DNA of 64,000 nucleotides, taken from positions 124,001 through 188,000 of the IMG/VR virus record IMGVR_UViG_3300023174_000042, one strand, 5' to 3'. Below the pieces are notes generated by a model. That model made no database searches. It saw only the letters and a program-made list of their open reading frames with translations, and was not told where the DNA came from. Shown piece by piece: positions 41,548 to 51,593 of this stretch (the first letter of the stretch is position 1; each line of letters starts with the position of its first letter). A program made the position numbers and the translations under genes.

Positions 41548-42147
41548 ATGTCATTTGAAATTATAACTACATTTGAAAATAAAATTTCTAATTTTTTTGG
41601 GTCTCCGTACGCAATTGCGGTTGATAGTTGCACGCACGGTATTGAGTTGTGTTTAAGGTATACTAAAGAAAAAAAAATAAATGTCCCAAAAAGAACATAT
41701 CTGTCCATACCATTTTTAGCAGAAAAAATGGGATTAGAACGAGAATGGAGAGATGAGGAATGGGAAGATTATTACACCCTTAATTATGATAAAAAAAGAA
41801 TAATTGATGCTGCGGTTCTATGGAAAAAAGATAGTTATATTCCAAACACGTTTATGTGTCTTAGTTTCCAATACCAAAAACATTTGTCTTTAGGAAGAGG
41901 TGGTATGATTTTACTTGATGACAAAAATGATTATATTAATTTAAAAAAAATGTCGTATGATGGTAGATTACCAAACATTCCTTGGAGGGATCAAGATATA
42001 GATTGTATTGGTTATCATTACTATATGACACCCGAAACTGCTCAATTAGGGTTAGACAAATTAGAAAAGGCAATCAACACACCACCAAGAAAATGGGTAT
42101 ATAATGATTGGCCAGATTTAACGCAGATGTCAATTTTTAAAAAATAA
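41548..42147 (+). CDS. Miniature DegT/DnrJ-family PLP aminotransferase
   Basis: AIAVDSCTHGI, IIDAA, SFQYQKHL (PLP lysine), GRGGMI, GYHYYM; only 199 aa. Confidence 0.75.
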   Translation: MSFEIITTFENKISNFFGSPYAIAVDSCTHGIELCLRYTKEKKINVPKRTYLSIPFLAEKMGLEREWRDEEWEDYYTLNYDKKRIIDAAVLWKKDSYIPNTFMCLSFQYQKHLSLGRGGMILLDDKNDYINLKKMSYDGRLPNIPWRDQDIDCIGYHYYMTPETAQLGLDKLEKAINTPPRKWVYNDWPDLTQMSIFKK

Positions 42148-42164
42148 AAAATAAAAATAAATCA

Positions 42165-43139
42165 ATGAAAAAAGCATTTATTACAGGTATAAATGGCCAA
42201 GATGGGTCATATTTATCAGAATATCTTTTAGGGTTAGGATATGAAGTTCATGGGATAATTAGAAGAAATTCAGTTTCTGAAAACCAACAAAGTAGATTTA
42301 CTGATGAAATTAGAAATAAATTACACATTTATTATGGAGATCTTTTAGATCAAGGTAGTTTAGAAAGATTGTTAACCGACATTCAGCCAGATGAAATCTA
42401 CAATTTAGCGGCTCAAAGCCACGTTAGAATAAGTTACGACATCCCTCAATTTACAGTTCAGACTAACGCAATAGGTGTTATTAATATTTTAGAAGCATAT
42501 AGAAGAGCTTGTCCGAACTCAAGATTTTATCAAGCGAGTTCATCAGAAATGTTTGGAAGTTCGGTTGACAACGATGGATTTCAAAGAGAGACTACGACAA
42601 TGAATCCAGTATCGCCTTACGGATGCTCAAAGGTATTTGGTTATAATATTGTTAGAAACTACAGAAATGCATATAAATTACACGCATCTAATGGTATTTT
42701 ATTTAATCACGAATCACCAAGAAGAGGTTCTAATTTTGTTACAAATAAAGTAGTTAAAACTGCGGTAGAAATTAAATTAGGATTAACAAATCAATTAGTT
42801 TTGGGTAATATGGACTCTTATAGAGATTGGGGACATTCAAAAGATTATGTTAGGGCAATGCACTTAATAATAAATAACGACACTCCTGATGATTTTGTTG
42901 TATCAACAATGATTACTCACTCAGTTAGAGATATGGTAGAGTACGTTTTTAATAAATTAGAATTAGATTATTCAAAATATGTAAGCCAAGACCATAAGTT
43001 TACTAGACCAGAAGAACTTGATTATTTAAAAGGGGATTCAACAAAAATTAGAACCCAATTGGGGTGGAAACCTGAATATACTTTTGAAATGATGTTAGAT
43101 GAGATGATAGAATATTGGCTAAATTATTTTAAAAAATAA
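42165..43139 (+). CDS. gmd: GDP-mannose 4,6-dehydratase
   Basis: ITGINGQDGSYL, NLAAQSHV, YQASSSEMFG, SPYGCSK, LFNHESPRRG, RDWGH. Confidence 0.95.
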   Translation: MKKAFITGINGQDGSYLSEYLLGLGYEVHGIIRRNSVSENQQSRFTDEIRNKLHIYYGDLLDQGSLERLLTDIQPDEIYNLAAQSHVRISYDIPQFTVQTNAIGVINILEAYRRACPNSRFYQASSSEMFGSSVDNDGFQRETTTMNPVSPYGCSKVFGYNIVRNYRNAYKLHASNGILFNHESPRRGSNFVTNKVVKTAVEIKLGLTNQLVLGNMDSYRDWGHSKDYVRAMHLIINNDTPDDFVVSTMITHSVRDMVEYVFNKLELDYSKYVSQDHKFTRPEELDYLKGDSTKIRTQLGWKPEYTFEMMLDEMIEYWLNYFKK

Positions 43140-43237
43140 ATAATAAAAAAAAATAATAGGTGTAACTTTTTTAACATGAATTTTTGGACAAAAAAATTTT
43201 ATAATCAAGAATCATCAAAAAGATTCGTTAAATAACT

Positions 43238-43975
43238 ATGACAAGAAAAAAACCAACTCCTTTAGTTGAGGAACAAACAAACAAACCATTATCAAAAAAA
43301 GATTTTATTAATTCAGTAATAAAAAGAAAAAGTAAGAGTAAATTTTTAACTGAAAATCAAAAAGATTACTATGATATATTAATGTCAAAACAAATAACTA
43401 TATGTTCAGGCCCTGCTGGCGTTGGTAAATCATACATCGCAATGAAAGCGGCCGTGGATTTACTTATGGATTCTAATAATGGTTATGAAAAAATAATTAT
43501 TGTAAGACCAGCGGTGGAAGCCGAAGAAAAATTAGGTAGTCTTCCTGGTAATTTAGAAGAAAAATTAGACCCTTACATTTTTCCTTCGTATTATCTTTTA
43601 AATAAAATAATTGGAAAAGAATCAAGAGAAAAACTAAAAGACGCAGAAATTATTGAAGTTTTTGCTTTAGCATACATGAGAGGAATGAATATTGATAATT
43701 CAATTTTAATCTTTGAGGAGGCACAAAACGCAACTCCAAACCAAATGAAATTGCTATTGACAAGAATTGGGTTTAATAGTAAATTCTTCATATCTGGCGA
43801 TTTAGAACAAACAGACAGATATAAAGACAAAAAACAATCGGGTCTTTATGATGCGTTGCAAAGATTTAGTGGTGTTGATGATATTGGAGTTTACGATTTT
43901 AGAAACGCCAAAAACGTTAGAAACCCTTTGATTTCAAAAATATTAGAAAAATACGATGATGAGAATAGGAATTGA
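43238..43975 (+). CDS. phoH: PhoH-family ATPase
   Basis: GPAGVGKS, RPAVE, LGSLPG, YMRG, EEAQN, GDLEQTD, VRNPL. Confidence 0.95.
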   Translation: MTRKKPTPLVEEQTNKPLSKKDFINSVIKRKSKSKFLTENQKDYYDILMSKQITICSGPAGVGKSYIAMKAAVDLLMDSNNGYEKIIIVRPAVEAEEKLGSLPGNLEEKLDPYIFPSYYLLNKIIGKESREKLKDAEIIEVFALAYMRGMNIDNSILIFEEAQNATPNQMKLLLTRIGFNSKFFISGDLEQTDRYKDKKQSGLYDALQRFSGVDDIGVYDFRNAKNVRNPLISKILEKYDDENRN

Positions 43976-44621
43976 TATTAATGGAGTGTTAAGAGACACG
44001 ATTGGAAAATTTCAACAATTATATGAAAAACATTTAATTGATAAAGAAGAGGATCAATTTTTGGGACAGACATATGAATTGGATTTGTCAGGAAACACTG
44101 AATTAATCGAATCCTCAACAGATGTTTTTGAATACAAAAAAATATCTGAAGTAAATAGCCTTGATTTATTCAGTCATTTTGCCTTTCAGAGCAAAGAAGA
44201 ACTTTTTAATTTTATGTATGAAGAATATGCTATGGAGTTATTTGGACACGCTCCTTCAACAGAAATGACAACATTTAATATTTTAAATGATTTATATCAC
44301 GAATTAAGAGACGAAAATGAATTGTTAATTGTATCGAGCGAAATAGGAAAATCAAAACCATCATCACTTTTCTTTTTATCCAAATTTGGATGTTTGTTAG
44401 AAAAAATAGTTTTTTTTGGTGAAATTACTAAAAATAACATGTGGAATCAAGTTGATATTTTACTTACGTCAGATCCTAACTTATTATTAGAAAAACAAGT
44501 AGGAAAAATTGTTGTTAAATATAACACAATCTACAATAAACACATTCAAACAGATTTAGAAATTAATTATCTTTCTGAATTTGCTGAAATTATTAAAAAC
44601 ATAAAACAAAATGCTATTTAG
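43956..44621 (+). CDS. HAD-superfamily 5'-nucleotidase-like protein with degenerate motif I
   Basis: IGIDINGVLRD, versus the canonical DxDGVL. Confidence 0.55.
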   Translation: MMRIGIDINGVLRDTIGKFQQLYEKHLIDKEEDQFLGQTYELDLSGNTELIESSTDVFEYKKISEVNSLDLFSHFAFQSKEELFNFMYEEYAMELFGHAPSTEMTTFNILNDLYHELRDENELLIVSSEIGKSKPSSLFFLSKFGCLLEKIVFFGEITKNNMWNQVDILLTSDPNLLLEKQVGKIVVKYNTIYNKHIQTDLEINYLSEFAEIIKNIKQNAI

Positions 44622-44868
44622 TCTATTTGGTGAAAACTACTATATTGATTTAGATAAATTAGAAAAAGAAGTTGAGTTTTTGAACACAACGGGAGAAAGT
44701 CAATTTCATTTGATAAAATATGAAATGGTAAAAATGATGGTCGAAACAATTCTTACAGAATCAGAACCCGTTGATGAAAAATTGGGACCAAATAATAGTG
44801 AATTAACAATACCATTCAAAATTTCTTTTAACACTTTACGAGTTAAAAACATAATAAATAAACTATAA
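44611..44868 (+). CDS. Hypothetical protein
   Basis: 85-aa ORF within the operon. Confidence 0.6.
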   Translation: MLFSLFGENYYIDLDKLEKEVEFLNTTGESQFHLIKYEMVKMMVETILTESEPVDEKLGPNNSELTIPFKISFNTLRVKNIINKL

Positions 44869-44876
44869 TTAAAAAC

Positions 44877-45935
44877 ATGAACAACGATCAATTTGAAAAA
44901 TTAGAAAGATCCATAAATAACATGAAAGAAAAACTTTCAAGGATTTATTTTATGGTACAAGACACAAAAGGAAACGTAAAAGCATCTGTTAGATACATTT
45001 ATCAGATGGCAATGACACTGAAAAAGAATGGTTACAATGCCATTATATTACATGAAAAACCTGATTATTTTGGTGTTTCTTCTTGGATGGGAGAAGAATA
45101 CATGACAGAACTTGTTCACAGGTCTATTGAAGGCACAAGTTTAGAAATTTCCCCTGATGATTTGATTATCATTCCTGAAATTTATGGGTTTGTAATGGAT
45201 CAGATTACAAAATTACCTTGTGGAAAAATTGTATTAAGTCAGGCTTTTGATCACATCTTTGAAACATTACAACCAGGTCAATCTTGGAGTCAATTAGGAT
45301 TTTATAAGTGTATTACAACATCAAGTAAACAAAAAGAATTAATTGAATCTGTTATGAGAAATGTGTCAATAGACATTGTTGAACCATGTGTTTCTGAAAA
45401 CTTTAAAAGAAACGAATTTCCACCAAAAACAATTATAAATATTCACACAAGAGACGCAAGGGACACGGCAAATTTGATTAAAACTTTTTATATTAAATTT
45501 CCACAATATAGATGGATTACTTTTAGAGATCTGAGAGGTCTAAGTGAAATTGAATTTGCTGACGCTATGAAAGATAGTTTCATTTCTGTTTGGATTGATC
45601 AAACAAGTTCTTTTGGAACATTTCCACTTGAATCTATGAAAATGGGTATTCCAGTATTAGGTTTGGTTCCTGATATCATGCCTTCTTGGATGAATGAAGA
45701 TAATGGTCTTTGGGTTAATAACAAAACAATTATTGTAGATGTCCTTTCTGATTTTATACAAAATTGGTTAGAAGACAATTTGAATCCTTCTTTATTTGAA
45801 CAAATGCAAAAAACTATTGAAACAATTAGCACGATTGAAAAATTTGAAAATGATACATTAAACTTATTTTCAGAAATTTTTCAAAAACGTATAACTTCTT
45901 TTGAAGATCAACTTTCTAAATTTGAAACAATTTAA
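44877..45935 (+). CDS. GT-B-like glycosyltransferase
   Basis: DDLIIIPE and SSFGTFPLESMKMGIPV (GT4-type C-terminal motif). Confidence 0.65.
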   Translation: MNNDQFEKLERSINNMKEKLSRIYFMVQDTKGNVKASVRYIYQMAMTLKKNGYNAIILHEKPDYFGVSSWMGEEYMTELVHRSIEGTSLEISPDDLIIIPEIYGFVMDQITKLPCGKIVLSQAFDHIFETLQPGQSWSQLGFYKCITTSSKQKELIESVMRNVSIDIVEPCVSENFKRNEFPPKTIINIHTRDARDTANLIKTFYIKFPQYRWITFRDLRGLSEIEFADAMKDSFISVWIDQTSSFGTFPLESMKMGIPVLGLVPDIMPSWMNEDNGLWVNNKTIIVDVLSDFIQNWLEDNLNPSLFEQMQKTIETISTIEKFENDTLNLFSEIFQKRITSFEDQLSKFETI

Positions 45936-45937
45936 TT

Positions 45938-46744
45938 ATGAGCAAGAAAAACACAATATCTATTATTTTACCGATTAAATCGGCAAAAGCGATCGGTTTC
46001 GAAGACTTTTTTGATAAATGTATCCAATCAGTCAAAAACCAAAAAGAACATGTAAACGAATTAATCATTGTACATGGAGATGAAGATCTTTTAAAAAATC
46101 ATTTAACATCGTATAATTTTGAAGAGTTAAACGTTGTTTTTAAAACTTGGTCAGAGCAGCCAAATTTTGCTAAACAAGTAAATTATGGTGTTGAAGTTGC
46201 GACTTCTAATTGGTGTTCTATTTTAGAATTTGATGACGAGTATTCAAACATTTGGTTTAAAAACGCATTGAATTATATGGATATTTACAAAGATGTTCAC
46301 GCATTTTTACCTATAGTTGTTGACGTAGATGAGAAATTAGTTTTTGCTGGATTTACAAATGAAGCAACATTTGCCGCAAACATATCATCTGAAATTGGCA
46401 TTTTAACAAACGAAACTTTACAAACATTCCAAAATTTTCAAACATCTGGAATGGTTTTTCAAAAAGAAAAATATCAAGAAGTTGGTGGAATGAAATCAAA
46501 TTTAAAATTGACTTTTGGTTATGAATTGTTTTTACGTCTGACACATAATTCGGCAAAAATTATGACAATTCCTAGAATCGGATATAAACATATGAATTTG
46601 AGAGAAGGATCAATTTTTTGGAATTACAAAAATGGTGAAAACAAAATGAATCAAGATGAAGCAAGATTTTGGATTGAGACCGCGAAAAAAGAATACCTTT
46701 TTACCACTGAAAGAGAAATAAATTATGAACCTCAAGAAATTTGA
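45938..46744 (+). CDS. GT2-like glycosyltransferase
   Basis: ISIILPI, CIQSVKNQ, VNYGV, LEFDDEY, EVGG. Confidence 0.75.
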   Translation: MSKKNTISIILPIKSAKAIGFEDFFDKCIQSVKNQKEHVNELIIVHGDEDLLKNHLTSYNFEELNVVFKTWSEQPNFAKQVNYGVEVATSNWCSILEFDDEYSNIWFKNALNYMDIYKDVHAFLPIVVDVDEKLVFAGFTNEATFAANISSEIGILTNETLQTFQNFQTSGMVFQKEKYQEVGGMKSNLKLTFGYELFLRLTHNSAKIMTIPRIGYKHMNLREGSIFWNYKNGENKMNQDEARFWIETAKKEYLFTTEREINYEPQEI

Positions 46745-47487
46745 TGTCTAGTAGTGAAAATGACATAGTTTTTGAAAAGAAAAAGAAAGGTAGAAAACCA
46801 ACAACTAATAATTATTTTGACGAAAGAGAAGAGACGGCGGTTAAAAATTTTTTAATAGCTGAAACTTACGAAGAAAAAAATAAAATTTACAATGAGTTTT
46901 TAAGAGACCCTTTAGATAAAATGATATCTTCGATCATACGAAGATATAAATTGTACAGGAAAGATATGAATTATGAAGAAATTCACATAGACACACATTC
47001 ATTTCTTATGACTAAAATAGATAAGTTTAAACCATCAAAAGAAAAAAAGGCTTATTCTTATTTTGGAACTATTTGTAAAAATTATCTTATGGGTCAAATA
47101 ATGAAAGACCAAAAAGAAACAAATAGAAAAATATCGTATGAGGACATTTCTTCTGACTTGTGTAACAGAGAAGAAATGTCTTATACCATAGATGAAGATG
47201 TTTTAAGTTCAGAATATATTATAAAAAAATTTTTAGAAAGATTAAAAGAAGATATTGATAATATTGACATAAACGATCAAGAACATAAATTAGGAGCAGC
47301 AATATACGATCTTTTTGAAAACTATGGAACTATATTTCCAGACACTAACAATAATAAATTTAATAAAAATATTATATTATTCGAGTTGAGAGAAATGACT
47401 AATCTTTCTACGAAAGAAATCAGAAACTCGATAAAAAAATATAAAAAATTATATTTTGATTTAATACAAGAATTAGTTAAAAGTTAA
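46744..47487 (+). CDS. T4 gp55-like late-transcription sigma factor
   Basis: Basic N-terminus then NYF; KIDKFKPSKEKKAYSYFGTICKNYL resembles the region 2 of gp55-type sigmas. Confidence 0.6.
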   Translation: MSSSENDIVFEKKKKGRKPTTNNYFDEREETAVKNFLIAETYEEKNKIYNEFLRDPLDKMISSIIRRYKLYRKDMNYEEIHIDTHSFLMTKIDKFKPSKEKKAYSYFGTICKNYLMGQIMKDQKETNRKISYEDISSDLCNREEMSYTIDEDVLSSEYIIKKFLERLKEDIDNIDINDQEHKLGAAIYDLFENYGTIFPDTNNNKFNKNIILFELREMTNLSTKEIRNSIKKYKKLYFDLIQELVKS

Positions 47488-47499
47488 TATTTATATACT

Positions 47500-47871
47500 A
47501 TGGCAAGACCACCAAAAAAACAAATCAATTTGACTAAAGAATCAATGTTATCTTTGATGCAAGAAATTTATAATGAACTTGTGGAACAAAGAAATACCGC
47601 TATACGAATTCAAAATAAAATGTTGACCATGATGAAAGAACCTGAAGATATGACTTTGATTGGTCCTGTTATTGAAAAACAACAAAAAATAATAAATGAT
47701 TGTGTTGAGAAAAAACTTACGTTATCAAAATTACAATCTCAAATGTGGCAAAAAAATACAGAAAAAGAAGAGGATTTTACATTATCGGATTTAGATATTG
47801 ACGATGAAACATTTCAAAATTTATTAAAAAAAGATATAAATAATGATAGCACATATAAAATGAAAAAATAA
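47500..47871 (+). CDS. Hypothetical protein (late)
   Basis: 123-aa helical ORF; TATTTAT at 47488-47494. Confidence 0.6.
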   Translation: MARPPKKQINLTKESMLSLMQEIYNELVEQRNTAIRIQNKMLTMMKEPEDMTLIGPVIEKQQKIINDCVEKKLTLSKLQSQMWQKNTEKEEDFTLSDLDIDDETFQNLLKKDINNDSTYKMKK

Positions 47872-47877
47872 CATGAT

Positions 47878-49806
47878 ATGGCGGTTGATATTAATAACGA
47901 TCTAAAAAAAGCGGCTGACAAGACAAATGTTTATAAAACTTATAAACAATATAAACAAAATTATGATGAACTGAAAAAAAAGGCTGGTAGTTCAGAAGAA
48001 CCGGCAAATAAATTTATTTCAAATCAACTAGGTGATTTTGTTAAATGGAGAAAAAAACATACAGCCAACGCAACTACTTTTACAGATGAATTAATTAAAC
48101 AGCTTAAACAAATTAAAGGATCTGGTCTTGAAACTGACACGTTTATTAAAAGAATTTTTTTAAATTCTTTAAAAAAAATAAAACCAGAAATCAAAAATTT
48201 AATTATTGAAAATGTTAAGTCGGCGCTAGCTTGTAGTAATGTTCAAGGATATCAATTTAACACTACATACTACATACCTGTCAAATCTGTAGATTTATTT
48301 GGTGTTTTAGAATTACCAACAGATGACAAAATTGGAAAGTTTTTTTATGAAGAAAAACCAATACAATATGGAACATTTCCATTTTCAATGAATAGAGAAT
48401 TGTATGAAAGAACTCAAAATTTGAATCAAACATATTCGTCTGTCGCTGGAAATAACTATATAGGGACATCTTTTCAAAATCTTTTTGATATATCTTATGT
48501 TGATTCATACGTTGATCCAATTACATCCCAAACAATACAGGGAAGTTTTTTCAAAGTTGATCTAAAACCAAGATCAAATTTTCCAACTATTGATGAATTC
48601 TTAAACGATTATTACAGTTCAATTGACATTTTAAACTATAAAACATTTTTTACAAACTTAGTAGATTACGTTACGGGAGCAATTTCTTTCGGAAAAGGAG
48701 ATGGGAAGTTAAAATTAGGAACAATTCAAAAATCTTTGACGATTATGCAAAGAATTTTAGGACTTTGTTCCGATTCAAACAAAGAAATAAATGTTGGTGG
48801 AACATCCAAAGTTTCTGAAATTGATAACGTAGATGAATCATTTTATGAATTTAACGATATTGATTTAAGGATTATTGATCAAATAACTTCCGATATAAAG
48901 TTGGGGGTTATTGAGTTTGAGGAGTGTGATAATGTCAAAATACCAATGAATTTAGATGCGGTATTAACAGCGTTAGACAATTTACAATTCAATGAAAATA
49001 CCTCAGATGTAAACGAAATAAACGCAGCATTAGGAATTATATATCCTGTTATTGATAATGAAGCAACATATAAACTATCGGTGGATTCAGGTTTTTTCGG
49101 ACAATTTGTAAAAGCAATAGTAAATACTGTATTATCACCAAAAGCAATTCTACCAATAATGATTTCAGCAGGAATGTTAAATCAACCAATATTCAATCAA
49201 ATTAATAACATACAAGATTTTTTAAAAAAATTTAAAAATTTTTTCAATCAATTTTTAACAAAAATTTCTGCTATTTTTACAAAGGCAATTTTTGATGAGT
49301 TGAAAAAAGAAATAAAAACTTTAGTTGCATTGTTGTTAAAAGATATAACTGATGAAAAAAAGAAAAAAATTAATCAAATAATTTTTTCAATAGTTGCAAT
49401 TGTCAAACCTCTAACTCAAGGGGCTAAAGATTTTAGAGAGTGTAAAAGTGTTTTGGATGAGTTATTACAATTATTAAATATTGGTGTTAAAAAACGATTG
49501 GATAAATTAAAAGAGTCTGGATCTGATTTACCTTTACCTTTGTTGTTGTCTGCAAAACTTTTGGATGGGTATTCGCCAACAAGATCTTTTTTGAATACCG
49601 TTCAAAATTTACAAGAATTGGGAATTCCAACAGGGCCAATGCCTGACGGAAGTCCAAATAAATTTTTAGCATCAATTAAGGCAGTTATCGATGGGAATTC
49701 GCAAGAAATTGACGAAAATGGAAAAGTTGCGATAGGAATAGGACCATTAACAGTTACACCAGCAGGAATTACAATACCAAAAGACGCATATGGAAAATTC
49801 ATTTAA
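47878..49806 (+). CDS. Putative structural (baseplate/tail-associated) protein
   Basis: 642-aa ORF in the late operon upstream of the spike-like gene. Confidence 0.5.
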   Translation: MAVDINNDLKKAADKTNVYKTYKQYKQNYDELKKKAGSSEEPANKFISNQLGDFVKWRKKHTANATTFTDELIKQLKQIKGSGLETDTFIKRIFLNSLKKIKPEIKNLIIENVKSALACSNVQGYQFNTTYYIPVKSVDLFGVLELPTDDKIGKFFYEEKPIQYGTFPFSMNRELYERTQNLNQTYSSVAGNNYIGTSFQNLFDISYVDSYVDPITSQTIQGSFFKVDLKPRSNFPTIDEFLNDYYSSIDILNYKTFFTNLVDYVTGAISFGKGDGKLKLGTIQKSLTIMQRILGLCSDSNKEINVGGTSKVSEIDNVDESFYEFNDIDLRIIDQITSDIKLGVIEFEECDNVKIPMNLDAVLTALDNLQFNENTSDVNEINAALGIIYPVIDNEATYKLSVDSGFFGQFVKAIVNTVLSPKAILPIMISAGMLNQPIFNQINNIQDFLKKFKNFFNQFLTKISAIFTKAIFDELKKEIKTLVALLLKDITDEKKKKINQIIFSIVAIVKPLTQGAKDFRECKSVLDELLQLLNIGVKKRLDKLKESGSDLPLPLLLSAKLLDGYSPTRSFLNTVQNLQELGIPTGPMPDGSPNKFLASIKAVIDGNSQEIDENGKVAIGIGPLTVTPAGITIPKDAYGKFI

Positions 49807-50026
49807 TATTAACGAAAAAAAAATAAAATCAGGAGAAATACTTCTGATAATTAAAGAATACAAAGAAAGATCAAATAAAGATCTTCAGTTGGCAATGGAT
49901 TTTATACAAGAAGACTTTAAACTCACAAAAGAATCTTTAATAAAACTAACACATCATTTAGATAAATTAGAAAACACTTATAATTTATTACATAAAGAGT
50001 ATTCTGAAAGAACTAAAATAAAATGA
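49790..50026 (+). CDS. Hypothetical coiled-coil protein
   Basis: 78-aa ORF overlapping both neighbours. Confidence 0.55.
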   Translation: MENSFNINEKKIKSGEILLIIKEYKERSNKDLQLAMDFIQEDFKLTKESLIKLTHHLDKLENTYNLLHKEYSERTKIK

Positions 50027-51573
50027 GTCCAGATAAAATAATATTTCAAGGTTTTGTTATTAACAATCAAGATCCCTTAATGCTTGGAAGAGTAAGGGCC
50101 GTTCCAATTGATCAAGTTGAAACCGCATTATTACCTCAAGATTGGAATCCTGAAAAGGATATTTGGACAGAAAAAGACCCCATAGTTTATCTACCATTAT
50201 TACCATATTATATTAGTCAAGTTCCCGAAGTAGATGAATATATTCATATATTTTATTACAACAAGACACAAGTTAACGACAATTCAAAATTTTACATTCA
50301 AGGACCAATAACAAGACCCCAAAACAATAAGTTTGAAAATTGGCACAACTCTGAATCAATGTTAGCCACTGGTGTTTTTTTAAAACAAGCGAATAATATT
50401 AAAGATCCCTTGAGTTTTGAATTAAAAGGTCAAACTAAGGGTATTTACCCTGAACCGGGCGATAATGCTTTATTGGGAAGAGGAACCGCTGATGTTGTTG
50501 TAAAGGAAAGTGAAGTTTTAATAAGAGCAGGAAAAAATATACCAACACAAACATCAAGTTTTAATTTACCAACACCGCGACAAAATAGGGGGTTTTTACA
50601 AATATCAAACTTTGATTTAGAAAAAAAACAATTAGAACCAATTAAAAAAACATTATTTTCCAACAAATCACAATTAGTTAAAAAATTAATAGAATGGGAA
50701 ATAACAAACGAAATTCAAATTACAGGATTTACACAAGGAGGTGGAGTTACTGGATCAACTTTTTACAATGGTAATATTTCATTGTATTCATTACTTCCTA
50801 AAGATAAAACTAAAAGCACTGAAATTAATATGAATACACCACTTGATCAATATAAAAGTGGAGTTGAATACAAATTGGAGTTCACAGGAAAAACTCAAGA
50901 TGAAGGTGTTAAAATTATTAATCAATTTATAAATGGAGTCAATAATGGAAAAATAAATGTTGATGGATATGACCAATTCCCTTTAGAAAATGATTCAAGA
51001 ATAGAAAAACAATTTCCATTTTATTTTAGACCAACAAAAAATAATATCGATAAATTATCTTCTTCGGCATCTACAGATTATAATATGGTTAATAATTTCT
51101 TTAAAAAAATAAAACTATTACCTTCAGATAGACAATTTGGTAGTGTTTTGGTGTGGTCAAAAAATGTCGTTGGTCAACAATTAAGTGCGGATAAAGTAAC
51201 ATTAAAGCAAAGCATTTATAACCCAAATCCTGTTTCATACGGAACGTTAGCATCTGATTTTATTTATTTTTTATCTCATAAAACAGACATACCGTCAAAA
51301 TCAAAAATAAATCTACAACCAAAAGAAACTTTGTATGGTATTGAACAAGAATATTTTACACAGAATATATTACCAAATACAGACCCAATGGTTCGAGGTA
51401 ATGAATTAATAAAACTTTTAACTTTAATTGTTCGATTTTTAGGGTCGCATGTTCATAACATAAATGAGGCGCCAATACCTATAGGAGTCGATGGAACACA
51501 ATTAGATGAAATAAACAAAATCCTACAAGACGCAGATAATTCAATATTAAATCAAAATATTAGAATTAATTGA
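50023..51573 (+). CDS. Baseplate hub/central spike protein (gp5/VgrG OB-fold-like N-terminus)
   Basis: GFVINNQDPLMLGRVRA...LP...VPEVDEYI; C-terminal HVH. Confidence 0.65.
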   Translation: MSPDKIIFQGFVINNQDPLMLGRVRAVPIDQVETALLPQDWNPEKDIWTEKDPIVYLPLLPYYISQVPEVDEYIHIFYYNKTQVNDNSKFYIQGPITRPQNNKFENWHNSESMLATGVFLKQANNIKDPLSFELKGQTKGIYPEPGDNALLGRGTADVVVKESEVLIRAGKNIPTQTSSFNLPTPRQNRGFLQISNFDLEKKQLEPIKKTLFSNKSQLVKKLIEWEITNEIQITGFTQGGGVTGSTFYNGNISLYSLLPKDKTKSTEINMNTPLDQYKSGVEYKLEFTGKTQDEGVKIINQFINGVNNGKINVDGYDQFPLENDSRIEKQFPFYFRPTKNNIDKLSSSASTDYNMVNNFFKKIKLLPSDRQFGSVLVWSKNVVGQQLSADKVTLKQSIYNPNPVSYGTLASDFIYFLSHKTDIPSKSKINLQPKETLYGIEQEYFTQNILPNTDPMVRGNELIKLLTLIVRFLGSHVHNINEAPIPIGVDGTQLDEINKILQDADNSILNQNIRIN

Positions 51574-51593
51574 TATTTATTAAGAAAAAATAA

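Noticed and set aside
43176-43235. 19-codon ORF (MNFWTKKFYNQESSKRFVK) ending 2 nt before phoH
   Set aside because: Too short to support without conservation or ribosome-profiling data.
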